Assembly (NCBI GenBank): GCA_021498095.1
Contig: JAIZWK010000001.1
Span: 3,120,001 to 3,152,000 of the forward strand
Origin: Candidatus Harpocratesius repetitus
GTDB lineage: Archaea > Asgardarchaeota > Lokiarchaeia > Sigyniarchaeales > Promethearchaeaceae
Reading direction: 5' to 3'
DNA length: 32,000 nt
The notes beneath the pieces are model-generated. The model did not search any database and had not been told where the DNA came from. It saw only the letters and a list, made by a program, of their open reading frames with translations. Made by a program: the position numbers and the translations under genes. Shown here piece by piece: positions 9,648-19,295 of the stretch. How positions within the stretch are numbered: the stretch's first letter is position 1; each line of letters opens with the position of its first letter.

Positions 9648-10412
9648 ATGTCTGCAAAAAAACCTCAGGTTATTCCATTTTCGCCTAAAGTATTCACGGA
9701 TATTAACCGCCCCCAACTCCGCACCCATACAATTATTACATCGATTGGATTCATCATCTTTATTACAATTGGCACAACCTCTGCCATAAACTCTCAAGAT
9801 TCAAGCCTATTAATACCTTGGCTGTGTGCTGAAATCATGTGGCTTCTGCTTTGGAACTATGATAATTCCCGACATGTTCGTACCACCCTCTATAACGGCT
9901 CTCGAAAGCTGATGCACCCCGATCACCTGCTTATCGGAACAATACCACCTGTAGAATTCGATGAATACAACTTTATTCACTCTTTTCTCATCATGCAGAA
10001 TTTGAGAACAGGAATCTGTTTTATTCATGCGGGATTTCGATTATCGGCCACAAGTGTTCATATTCGACCGAATTTTGCTGATTTGATGCGCAGATTATAT
10101 CAAATATGGCACAATGTACCTTTAACTGTTAGAATTGCTTTAGATGGAAGTACGATACATTGGGATTTTTCCTATCATTTTATTATTACTAAGAGATTAA
10201 ATGCACCCAATCGGGGGAAAATGCTGAAACTTTTGCGAAAGACTGATAAAGCTTTAATAATACTGCAATCAGTAATCGAAGCTGAATTTCCTAATTACCG
10301 ATTTGAAACACTTACATTAGAAGGATTGATGAATGTTATTCAAGGTAATACAGGTCAGCAATCGATCAGTATTCAAAGTAATACCGCCCTCTACAATCAA
10401 CCAATGATTTAA
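9648..10412 (+). CDS. Hypothetical membrane-anchored protein (two N-terminal TM segments)
   Basis: ORF; first ATG at 9648; hydrophobic IITSIGFIIFITIG and LLIPWLCAEIMWLLLW, then a soluble domain. Confidence 0.7.
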   Translation: MSAKKPQVIPFSPKVFTDINRPQLRTHTIITSIGFIIFITIGTTSAINSQDSSLLIPWLCAEIMWLLLWNYDNSRHVRTTLYNGSRKLMHPDHLLIGTIPPVEFDEYNFIHSFLIMQNLRTGICFIHAGFRLSATSVHIRPNFADLMRRLYQIWHNVPLTVRIALDGSTIHWDFSYHFIITKRLNAPNRGKMLKLLRKTDKALIILQSVIEAEFPNYRFETLTLEGLMNVIQGNTGQQSISIQSNTALYNQPMI

Positions 10413-10705
10413 ATAACAAAATAAATGACAGTAATAAGGAATCAAAATTAAAAAATAAAGATCCACCATTCGAAGAAGAAAATGATGAAATAATATCTAT
10501 ATATACAATTACTGATAAAAAAACCAATCATAAAGTTATCCTTGAATGTATGAATACTGCTTTAGAGCAATTTCTAAATCGATACTCACTATTTGATATA
10601 AGGAATTTTAAAATCGATCATTTCAAATCCTTTGAAGAACGATTAATGAGTATTTTTGGAGATTTAGTTTATACTACCAAAGATCGACTACGTTCTATAT
10701 TTTAA
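10382..10705 (+). pseudogene. Protein-like open frame without a 5' start codon (107 codons)
   Basis: YRPLQSTNDLNNK...ILECMNTALEQFLNRYSLFDIRNFKIDHFKSFEERLMSIFGDLVYTTKDRLRSIF*, in the -1 frame of the upstream ORF and overlapping its end. Confidence 0.4.
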
Positions 10706-10965
10706 AATTTAAATTTTAATATGATTAAAATACATTTCATCGTTTTTATTGGAGTGATTTTATAAAATGTCCCTAAAAAGAAGATCCTTCATACACAAAC
10801 TTAGAAAATCCAACAAAGATTTTGTAATTGGTTGATATAATTAAAAACAAAGGCAAACTACAACTAGCGGTACAAATCACTCACACAAAAGTCAGAGAAA
10901 AAAAATATACAAAAAAATTGCTCCTGAATGTCCAGTTTTGCCAAGCGAAAACGAAAAAATAGTAG

Positions 10966-13046
10966 TTATTGAACCGATTTGGGAATGGACGGTGATATTT
11001 CGAACCTTTTTCCTAAAACTACAATCAATACGGTAAAAAAGCACATAAAGATGAAGATCGGATATCCTGGAATTTGGTTTGTTCCAGGTTCTTTTTCCTT
11101 AAAACCGGCATCGGTAATATTCCATCCGAAAGTATCAATGATATACTGTCGAGCCTCGACTGCGGATTTGCTGTACTGCGAATTTACCGCATCAAATGAA
11201 ACGTTACTCTGTAGAGACAATTTCGACCAATGCTGTAAAATGCAGTCATAATTTGCCGTTGACAATTTAACACCACGAAACATCCCTTCCATATCGGTCA
11301 CCGATGATATATTCCAACTACCGAGGTTTTGATCGAAAGCTGAAGCCCCATCGAACATATGACTCATATCTGTAACGGCTGAAACATCCCAACTGCTTAA
11401 ATCTTGATTAAAAGAAACAGCATTACGAAACATACATTGCATAGTTTTTACCGATGAAACATCCCAACCACTGATATCTTGATTGAAAGAAGATGCGCCA
11501 TCGAACATACATTTCATCCTTTTTACAGAACCAGTATTCCAGGTGCTTAAATCTTGATTAAATGAAGTGGCATTGGCGAACATATAATTCATATTTCCCG
11601 CTATATGAACGTTCCAACCGCTAATATCCTGATTAAATGAAGTAGCATTAGCGAACATATACGCCCAACTAGACACTAATGTAACATGCCATGCGCTTAT
11701 ATTTTGATTGAAAAATACCGCATTTTTGAACATCTCTGCCATATCAAGAACATTACGTACATCCCAACCTCCTATATCTTGATTGAATGAAGAAGCACCT
11801 GAGAACATGGCATACATGGAATTTACATTTGATACATCCCATCCACCTATATTTTGATTAAATGAAGAAGCATCCCTAAACATATAAACCATAGAGTTAA
11901 TCTTTGATGTGTCCCAACCTCCTATATTTTGATTGAATGAAGAAGCACCTGAGAATATGGCATACATGGAATTTACATTTGATACATCCCAATTACCTAT
12001 ATCCTGATTAAATGCCGAAGCCCCTTCGAACATACCGCCCATATTCCAAACAGCCGATACGTTCCAATCACCGATATACTGATTGAAAGAAGCAGCATCG
12101 CGGAACATACATTGCATGGTTGTTACCGAAGACACATCCCAACCACAATATTTTGGTTAAACGAAAAAGCACCCCAAAACATCAGACTCATATCTGTAAC
12201 TCTTGAAACATTCCAACCGCCGATGTCTTGATTGAACGAATGAGCATCCCAAAACATTCCAAACATATTTGTTACAGAAGACACATCCCAATTTCCGATA
12301 TTTTGATTGAATGAATGAGCATCCAGAAACATACGTTCCATATCGGTCACACTAGATACATCCCAATTTCCAATATTTTGGTTGAACGAGAAGGTCCCCC
12401 AAAACATACAATACATTTTTGTTACAGAAGAAACATTCCAAAAGTTCATATTTCCACTACTTCCTAATTTCTCACAACCCCAAAAGGTTCCGCTTAAATC
12501 AGTTGTTCCGCTTAAATCGAGAGAATCTGTGGCTGTTAAATTCAAATTTTCGCATCCTGCAAAATACCAACCCGAATTTCCCAATTCCAAAGATCCCCAC
12601 TGTAGTATTTCAATAATTTTCATCCTATCTCCGTCAAAATCAAAACACCATCCGACAATAGTTCCATAAATGATTAGGGTGTAAATACCTGGTACGGAAT
12701 AAGTATGAGTGACTTCTGCCTGATTCCAAACGGTGATTGTATCACTTGTTCCATCGCCCCAGTTCACCGTGAAGTTGTACGTACCCGAAGATTCCAAAGG
12801 TAATCTTATCTGATTGTCATTGCTTGATCCTCTGCTGTGTAAAGCAGTGTTCCACACGGAAATAAAACTTTCGGGGTTCGCATCGGCGGGAATACAGTTT
12901 CTGTTATTCGGTTCTAACTGCAATGTCAAATTTAAATCGTGCATTTGGGAAGAAAAAAAGAAAGAAAAAAGAGGGGTCAAACTTTCTATTCCAAATATGC
13001 ATAAAATAATGAAGATTTGCCATTTATTTTTCATGATATATTTCAT
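10966..13046 (-). pseudogene. BspA-family/DUF285 LRR-like surface protein with PKD-like domain and Loki-CTERM-like tail, split by a 1-nt deletion near 12146
   Basis: Signal/TM N-terminus; [10 protein letters not shown]...HTYSVPGIY (PKD-like); about 16 25-aa repeats (W[DN]VSxVxxMxxMFxxAxxFNQ[DN]I); C-terminal IPGY + TM + KR. The junction reads AAT ATT GT GGT TGG where other repeats have a full Gly codon. Confidence 0.88.
11762..11991. repeat. 80-nt near-identical direct repeat (11762-11841 and 11912-11991) within the BspA repeats
   Basis: 78/80 nt identical at a 150-nt offset (two 25-aa units). Confidence 0.85.
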
Positions 13047-13076
13047 CCTATAAGATAATGATTTTTTTACATTTTA

Positions 13077-13490
13077 TCAATTTTGTGGATGAGTTAAATC
13101 CCATGCAGCCGTAAAAAGATCCACCGCATTTAATAGCTTGGTTTCACCAAAATGATCAAGATCCGAAGATTCAGGTCCACTTGTGGTCAAAAGCCATTTA
13201 ATTTGTTCTAAAGTTAATTCTGGAAAATATGCCCACAATAAAGCCGCGACAGCTGCTACTATCGGTGTAGCCGCAGATGTGTCTCCAAAGTCATGAGTAT
13301 AACTTTTATCAGTAAAAGTGCTGTATTTGTCATTAGTATACGTTGTGATAATAATATCTTTACCTGGAGCAAGCACGTCGATGGAATTTTTGCCGTAATT
13401 TGATGCATGATTGTCGTTGAAATACAATTGTTTATGATTTTAATCTACAGCCCCACAAAAGTAATATTATCATTGGAGTTGTTCATACAA
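13077..13490 (-). pseudogene. Subtilase (peptidase S8) C-terminal fragment
   Basis: SNYGKNSIDVLAPG and GDTSAATPIVAAVAALL (catalytic-Ser region). Upstream DNITFVG(A)VD motif is reachable only through a frameshift and a TAA; Asp and His catalytic segments are absent. Confidence 0.75.
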
Positions 13491-13724
13491 ATGTTGTAGG
13501 TATAGATATTGAAGAAATAAAACCATTGAATTTTATAAAGATATCAAAAAGATTTTTTAATCGAAATAACCAGTAATGATACTGGTTGATCAAAATTGAT
13601 CAGTAAAAAATTATCATAAAAGTTAACAGTTAAAGCAAGAAAATATTTCAATCTGAATTCCTTATATGACATATAACTTATATTGAATGTATTTTTGTAA
13701 TTTTATAATCTTATAATTAATTTA

Positions 13725-13730
13725 AAGGAG
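13725..13730 (+). promoter_or_regulatory. Shine-Dalgarno-like AAGGAG
   Basis: aaggag lies 8 nt upstream of ATG 13739. Confidence 0.5.
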
Positions 13731-13738
13731 AAATTAAA

Positions 13739-13990
13739 ATGGGTAAAAGTGCAGAGGATCAAGCAATTGAATTTTTTATAAAGCGAGCACAACTATCGCT
13801 TGAAACCGCAGATCACCATGTACGTGATGGCGAATTTGAAAAAGGTGCAAAATTATATCGACAAGCTTATAGTTTCTTTTTGAAGGCTCAGCAGAATCAT
13901 CCTGAAGATCAAGACTTAGCTGCAAAACTAAAAAGCGTTAAGGAAAAATACCAAGATTCTGTAAAGAAAGCAAATTCTGCTAAAAATTAA
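13739..13990 (+). CDS. Small all-helical protein, MIT- or TPR-like
   Basis: AIEFFIKRAQ...DGEFEKGAKLYRQAYSFFLKA...KLKSVKEKY pattern resembles three-helix MIT/TPR units; SD present. Confidence 0.55.
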   Translation: MGKSAEDQAIEFFIKRAQLSLETADHHVRDGEFEKGAKLYRQAYSFFLKAQQNHPEDQDLAAKLKSVKEKYQDSVKKANSAKN

Positions 13991-14035
13991 TTACATTTAT
14001 GAAGAAAAATCTAACTTGAATCAAACTTATCAACA

Positions 14036-14425
14036 CTAAATTAGAAATTTTTGAAGATGATCTTTAAAGAATTCAAAAATTTGGTGATCACCATTCCAAG
14101 ATGAAATCAATACACCAAATTCATCAACGAATAATTCTGAAATTTTTAATAAAACCTTTCGAATGTTACTATCTTTTTCTCGAATTTTTGCTCTTCCAAC
14201 AACAAAAAACTTAGATGGTTTCTGAATTGGTAAAATCATGATTTTTGAATCTTTCATTTTTATTGCATCTATTGCTTCAGCAGCTACACTTTCTACAGCA
14301 GTTAAAAATCCAGAAAAAAGAACTGGACTAATTGCAGGTTTATCCATAATTTGTGGACTCCTAGTATGAACTAGTGATAGCCCTGATTTATCTATTATCC
14401 AGATCTCCATTAACTTCGTAGCCAT
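14036..14425 (-). CDS. Stand-alone longin-like domain protein
   Basis: IWIIDKSGLSLV, LFSGFLTAV, two beta strands, then LLKISELFVDEF...WNGDHQIFEFF; typical Asgard longin-like pattern. Confidence 0.7.
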   Translation of the reverse strand: MATKLMEIWIIDKSGLSLVHTRSPQIMDKPAISPVLFSGFLTAVESVAAEAIDAIKMKDSKIMILPIQKPSKFFVVGRAKIREKDSNIRKVLLKISELFVDEFGVLISSWNGDHQIFEFFKDHLQKFLI

Positions 14426-14660
14426 AATAATACCTCTTTTTGAATGTAATTTTTATTTAATTGGAAATGATTTTGAAATTTTTCATTAAATTGAGACAAA
14501 ATTATTACTTATTTCTATTTGAAATATGATTTTAAGTAATTAGATGTCCATTTCTTTTGTGTTAAGGATTTATTTTTAAGAAAAAAGTCCGAATTTGGAA
14601 ATTTAACATCCACAGATGATAAAAATTGGTTATAATAAAAACTCAATCAAATAATGCCAA

Positions 14661-15122
14661 CTATATTTTAGGACTTACAGGAATTTCTATAATTTTGACT
14701 TCTTCTACGCGAGGAACACGTAAAAACTCATCTTTTAATTTTTCTAGTGAGATAGGAAGATCTTCAACTGATACATATGTTTCATAATAACAATTAATAC
14801 TTTCAAAACATAAACCTGTAGTATGAATCGTTCCACTTCCTAAATTGAATTTTTTCATGATATCAGAAATACCTTTAACTAATTCGGGTGAAAATTCTTT
14901 TAAACGAATCAAAATCTTTTTTATTTTTGATGATTTTATTGGAAAGACCGAAATCTTTAAGATTTCATCACTCGGAATATAAATAAAGAGATAGAAAGGG
15001 GTTTGTGCAATTTTCTCTTTAACTCTTTCTGGAATTGAACTTGAATTCATATATGCGGCTTGATCGATTAATTTCCCGAAAGAAATTTGCTTTTTCTCTT
15101 CAATTTTTTCCTCAGTAGCCAT
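14661..15122 (-). CDS. Hypothetical protein with probable C-terminal ACT-like domain
   Basis: C-terminal beta-alpha-beta-beta-alpha-beta pattern: KILIRLKEFSPELVKGISDIMKKF...IHTTGLC...YETYV...LKDEFLRVPRVEEVKIIEI. Confidence 0.5.
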   Translation of the reverse strand: MATEEKIEEKKQISFGKLIDQAAYMNSSSIPERVKEKIAQTPFYLFIYIPSDEILKISVFPIKSSKIKKILIRLKEFSPELVKGISDIMKKFNLGSGTIHTTGLCFESINCYYETYVSVEDLPISLEKLKDEFLRVPRVEEVKIIEIPVSPKI

Positions 15123-15314
15123 CTATTATTCCCTCGCTGTTAATTAGTTAGTACTTAGCTCATCATTCTTAAAAACATTCTGTTAAATGTTGATAAGTTT
15201 TAACTATTCACAAAAGCATTTTTTTATTTCAAATATTATCTAAATATCATCAACATCTGGTGTAAATAATAAGGAATTTGATGAATTCACCCGGAATTCT
15301 AAATATTTAGAATA

Positions 15315-15923
15315 ATGTTGAGGACCCAGACAGCACTAGAAAATTCAGAAAAAGCAGAATCTCCATTTTTTGCAATATACATGTTAGATAGCAATTCAGG
15401 AGTTGAGTTGATAAGTCATTCTTTTATACCTTCACGGATCGATCTGGATATTAATGCAATATCTGGCATGTTCAAAGCATTAGAACTATTTATTAACAAT
15501 ATGGCTTATTCCAATCAGTTTGAAACAGTTCAAGAAATTAATTTTCAAGGAATGCGAATTGTTTATGAACGTTATGGCCCTCCTCATAACCAAATTCTCT
15601 GTGTTGGTCTTTCTAGGAAGATAATTTCCGCTAAAAAAGAACATCATGTATTAAAAGTTGTTATTAGGGATTTCTATGAAACATATCGCGATCAACTTAG
15701 AAATTTCCAAGGAGAAGTTAAGCATTTTCAAAATTTTTATGCAATATTACAAAAAGTACCAGAATACTTTCATCAATTGTTTCCATACTACAAACCATAT
15801 AACAAAGCAAATCTGAACTATAGAATTTCTCCAAAAAAACTCAATTTAACTAAAAATCTTCCATTTTCAGCAGGATCGAAAATGCCTTCTCCACAAGAAA
15901 ATTTAAAATTTAAATCTAAATAA
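15315..15923 (+). CDS. Longin-like domain protein with C-terminal extension
   Basis: AIYMLDSNSGVELI, AISGMFKALELFI, EINFQGMRIVYE, LCVGLS, IRDFYETY...FQGEVKHF. Confidence 0.65.
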   Translation: MLRTQTALENSEKAESPFFAIYMLDSNSGVELISHSFIPSRIDLDINAISGMFKALELFINNMAYSNQFETVQEINFQGMRIVYERYGPPHNQILCVGLSRKIISAKKEHHVLKVVIRDFYETYRDQLRNFQGEVKHFQNFYAILQKVPEYFHQLFPYYKPYNKANLNYRISPKKLNLTKNLPFSAGSKMPSPQENLKFKSK

Positions 15924-16002
15924 TATCCACATAAAATAATTATCATTATTATGGAAATAAAATTAACATGATTTTTTTTTGCTTGCGTTTTTATAATACA
16001 GA

Positions 16003-16836
16003 ATGAATTTTAATCAATTTTCAGGTGCAGATAACTATATCGTTAGCCCAGAACTTCAAGATATTGTAAATGTAACAATCGCTTTACAGCGTCCCCTCTT
16101 GGTGAAAGGTGAACCCGGAACAGGAAAAACGTTACTCGCGCATGCCATTGCGCGCGCGCTTTATAAACCACTGATCACTTGGAATATCAAATCGACAACA
16201 AAAGCTGTTGATGGTTTATATCAATATGATACGGTTCAACGCTTAAATGATTCAAGATTCGGCTCAAAAACAAGAAACGTAGAAAATATTGAAGACTACA
16301 TCCGATTGGGAAAATTAGGGAAAGCATTTACTTCAAACGAACAAGTAGTTTTACTTATAGATGAAATAGATAAAGCAGATCCTGAATTTCCTAACGATTT
16401 ACTTCAAGAATTAGATATTATGGAATTTTATATACCTGAATTAGATAAAACGATTAAAGCTAAGCATCGTCCTATCGTTATCATTACATCTAATAATGAA
16501 AAAGAATTACCCGCGGCATTTTTACGGAGGTGTGTCTTTCATTTTATTCAATTTCCTACACCAGATTTAATGCGGGAGATTGTACATGTTCATTACCCAA
16601 ATATTGAAGAAAATATTATTGATGCATGCTTAAAACATTTTTACTCACTCCGAAAAATTACTCAACTCCGGAAAAAACCGAGTACTTCAGAATTGATTGA
16701 TTGGATCGGTGTCCTTCTAAAAGCAGGCCTATCAATTGAGACTCTTCAATCAAAAATTCCTTTCTTGGGAACCTTGATAAAAAAAGACGCAGATCTGGTA
16801 TATATACAAAAATATAAGAAAGAATTAATCAGATAA
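16003..16836 (+). CDS. MoxR-family AAA+ ATPase (CoxD-like)
   Basis: LLVKGEPGTGKT, VLLIDEIDKAD, IITSNNEKELPAAFLRRC. Confidence 0.92.
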   Translation: MNFNQFSGADNYIVSPELQDIVNVTIALQRPLLVKGEPGTGKTLLAHAIARALYKPLITWNIKSTTKAVDGLYQYDTVQRLNDSRFGSKTRNVENIEDYIRLGKLGKAFTSNEQVVLLIDEIDKADPEFPNDLLQELDIMEFYIPELDKTIKAKHRPIVIITSNNEKELPAAFLRRCVFHFIQFPTPDLMREIVHVHYPNIEENIIDACLKHFYSLRKITQLRKKPSTSELIDWIGVLLKAGLSIETLQSKIPFLGTLIKKDADLVYIQKYKKELIR

Positions 16837-16948
16837 AAAAAGGATTAAAAAAATTTGATAACACAATTATTAAAAAAAATTGATCAAAATAAAGTGATAA
16901 AAAATTGATTAAAACAATCGGATAAAATTTAAATAAGCGAGATTCAAT

Positions 16949-18136
16949 ATGTTCATTGATTTTTATTATCTTCTAAGGGATCTAAACATCCCAGTTTCAA
17001 TAACGGAATTTTTAACCTTCATGAAAGTTCTTTCAGAAGGTTATATTAAAACAACCCGTGAATTCTATTTTATTGGGCGTTCGCTGCTGGTTAAGGATGA
17101 AAGCCTTTTTGATGCTTTTGATGCAGCAGTAATGGAATATTTTAAAGAAATTGAAGTTCCGATTGAAATTAAAAAAGAAATGGAAGATTGGCTAAAACTT
17201 CCATTAGATCAATTAATTTCCACTTATCCATTTTCACGTAAGGATTTAGAACAAATTTCACTTGAAGATTGGCGGGAAATTCAGAGTCAATTTGCTCAAA
17301 GAATGCAGCAGCAAAATGAAGCACATAACGGAGGGAATTTCTGGATCGGAACAAGGGGTTCATCTCCCTTCGGATGGGGTGGAAAACATCCTGGAGGAAT
17401 AAGAATTGGAGGCACAGGAGGGGGAAAATCAGCCATTCAAGTTGCTCAGCAACGTTTCTATCGAAATTATCGATCAGACAGAATTTTAGATATTCGCCAA
17501 ATTCAAATTGCACTGAGGAAGTTGCGTAAATTAAGTAAGATTGGAGCCCCAGATGAACTTGATCTGGAAGAAACCATTCGACGCACCTGTAAAAATGCAG
17601 GAGAAATTGAATTTGTTTGGGAAAAACGAAAAAAGAATAATTTGAAACTTATGTTATTGATGGATGTGGGAGGAAGTATGACACCATTCACAGAACTTGT
17701 TGAACAACTCTTTTCTGCAGCAAATAAAGCCAATCATTTCAAAAATTTCAAATATTTTTATTTTCACAATTGTTTATATGAGTGTGTATATAAGGATGCT
17801 GAATTATGGGATGGCCAAAAAGTTCCGCTAGATTTATTATTTAAGAAGTTCGATTCAGATTACCGGGTTTTCATAGTGGGAGATGCTGCTATGGCACCTT
17901 ATGAATTAACCATGCGGTATGGAGCCATTGATTATTATCAACAAAATGAAACCCCAGGAATTGTTTGGTTGAAAAAATTTAAAAAACATTTTCCACATTC
18001 AGTTTGGCTTAATCCAGAAGTACCAGGGCCATGGATTTCACAATCTCGTAAAATGATTTCAGCAGTTTTTCCTATGTTCCAACTATCTATTGAAGGACTT
18101 GATAAAGCAATAAAGCAACTTCTCAGAAAACGCTAA
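16949..18136 (+). CDS. VWA-domain protein (CoxE-like), partner of the MoxR ATPase
   Basis: MIDAS DVGGSM, YFHNCLYE, VGDAAMAPYE, VWLNP; adjacent to MoxR. Confidence 0.88.
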   Translation: MFIDFYYLLRDLNIPVSITEFLTFMKVLSEGYIKTTREFYFIGRSLLVKDESLFDAFDAAVMEYFKEIEVPIEIKKEMEDWLKLPLDQLISTYPFSRKDLEQISLEDWREIQSQFAQRMQQQNEAHNGGNFWIGTRGSSPFGWGGKHPGGIRIGGTGGGKSAIQVAQQRFYRNYRSDRILDIRQIQIALRKLRKLSKIGAPDELDLEETIRRTCKNAGEIEFVWEKRKKNNLKLMLLMDVGGSMTPFTELVEQLFSAANKANHFKNFKYFYFHNCLYECVYKDAELWDGQKVPLDLLFKKFDSDYRVFIVGDAAMAPYELTMRYGAIDYYQQNETPGIVWLKKFKKHFPHSVWLNPEVPGPWISQSRKMISAVFPMFQLSIEGLDKAIKQLLRKR

Positions 18137-18637
18137 AAATGCGGAGTAGAGATATAAATAATTCAAATTCTTTGTATAGATTTAATTATTACATTTGATT
18201 ATTAAAAAAATTAAAAAATCAAATGGGTGAATCATATTAAAAGGAATTAAGATGTTTGTATATTAACACACACACTCCTGTTTTTTTTTCACACACATCC
18301 TCTCTTCGGTTCTGAAGCCACACACTTCAGGACTATTCACATTTTTTTCGCTCCCTTTTTAAAAATTCATAACCATCAATAATGAAACACACAAATATTT
18401 TCTTAATATTCATTAATGGATTCAAAATTTCGAAGTAAATAAAATTTGTAAAAATTTATTAGATTATCCCTCGATTTCTTCTTAGATTTTTTTATATACC
18501 ATGAATGGGAAGAATTTCAAGTCCCAATTAGCAAGATTTTTCTTTTTTTGTTAATATATTAGATAAATAGGCATTTCTTTGAAAAACAGAAATTTTTTTT
18601 CTTTTAGAATACTTTTCTTTACAAAGGTAACTTAAAA

Positions 18638-19192
18638 TTGAAAATTGCTCTCATTCGTCATGCCCAAACACCATGGAATAAATTGAAGAAGGTTCAAGGA
18701 CAAGCCGATCCGCCATTATCAAAGGAAGGTAGAGAACAAGCACAAAAGCTTCATAAAAGAATCGCATCAGAACTATCACAATATTCAGTTATCTATTCTT
18801 CTCCAATGAAACGAGCGCTGGAAACGGCAAAATTGATTCAAGGTAAAAGCCAAGTTCCAATAAAAATTGACAATAGATTAAGATCGCGAAATTTAGGTCT
18901 TTTTTCAGGAAAAACTCTGGAAGCCATAGAAAAAAAATATCCACAAGAATTTATCCTTTGGAGAACCGGTGTTCCGTCATTTTGTCCGCCTAATGGAGAA
19001 CCTACACGGTTAATGCTTGAAAAACTCACAGATTTTCTTGATTTCGTTAAAAATTCACATTCATCAGATGAATCTATAATGATTGTAACCCATCGCGAGT
19101 CAGTTGGTGCATTAATGAGAATGCTATCGAATTCTCAAATTGATTCTTTAACCCAAATTGAAAATTGTAAGCCGTATTATTTTAAGGTTTGA
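18638..19192 (+). CDS. Histidine phosphatase (phosphoglycerate mutase-like) family protein
   Basis: IRHAQTPWN, QGQADPPLS, YSSPMKRALET, VTH; TTG start. Confidence 0.9.
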   Translation: MKIALIRHAQTPWNKLKKVQGQADPPLSKEGREQAQKLHKRIASELSQYSVIYSSPMKRALETAKLIQGKSQVPIKIDNRLRSRNLGLFSGKTLEAIEKKYPQEFILWRTGVPSFCPPNGEPTRLMLEKLTDFLDFVKNSHSSDESIMIVTHRESVGALMRMLSNSQIDSLTQIENCKPYYFKV

Positions 19193-19295
19193 AGATAATA
19201 ATTTCAATAGAAATCTTTTTTATAGAATTGAAGAAATAGTTATACATTAACTAAGTAATATATTAACACTAACCGATATAACTAAAGATAAAGAG

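Noticed and set aside
10408-10414. TTTAAAT heptamer as a -1 frameshift site
   Set aside because: Wrong phase for the upstream ORF, whose stop codon lies inside the heptamer.
10966-13046. Possible CRISPR array or diversity-generating retroelement in the 75-nt repeats
   Set aside because: The repeats are in-frame coding units without spacers. No reverse transcriptase is in the window, and the two mismatches in the closest pair are too few to suggest adenine-directed mutagenesis.
18263-18355. Cys-rich minus-strand mini-frame (EVCGFRTEERMCVKKKQECVC)
   Set aside because: The cysteines arise from the TGTGTG repeats, and the long frame has no convincing start.
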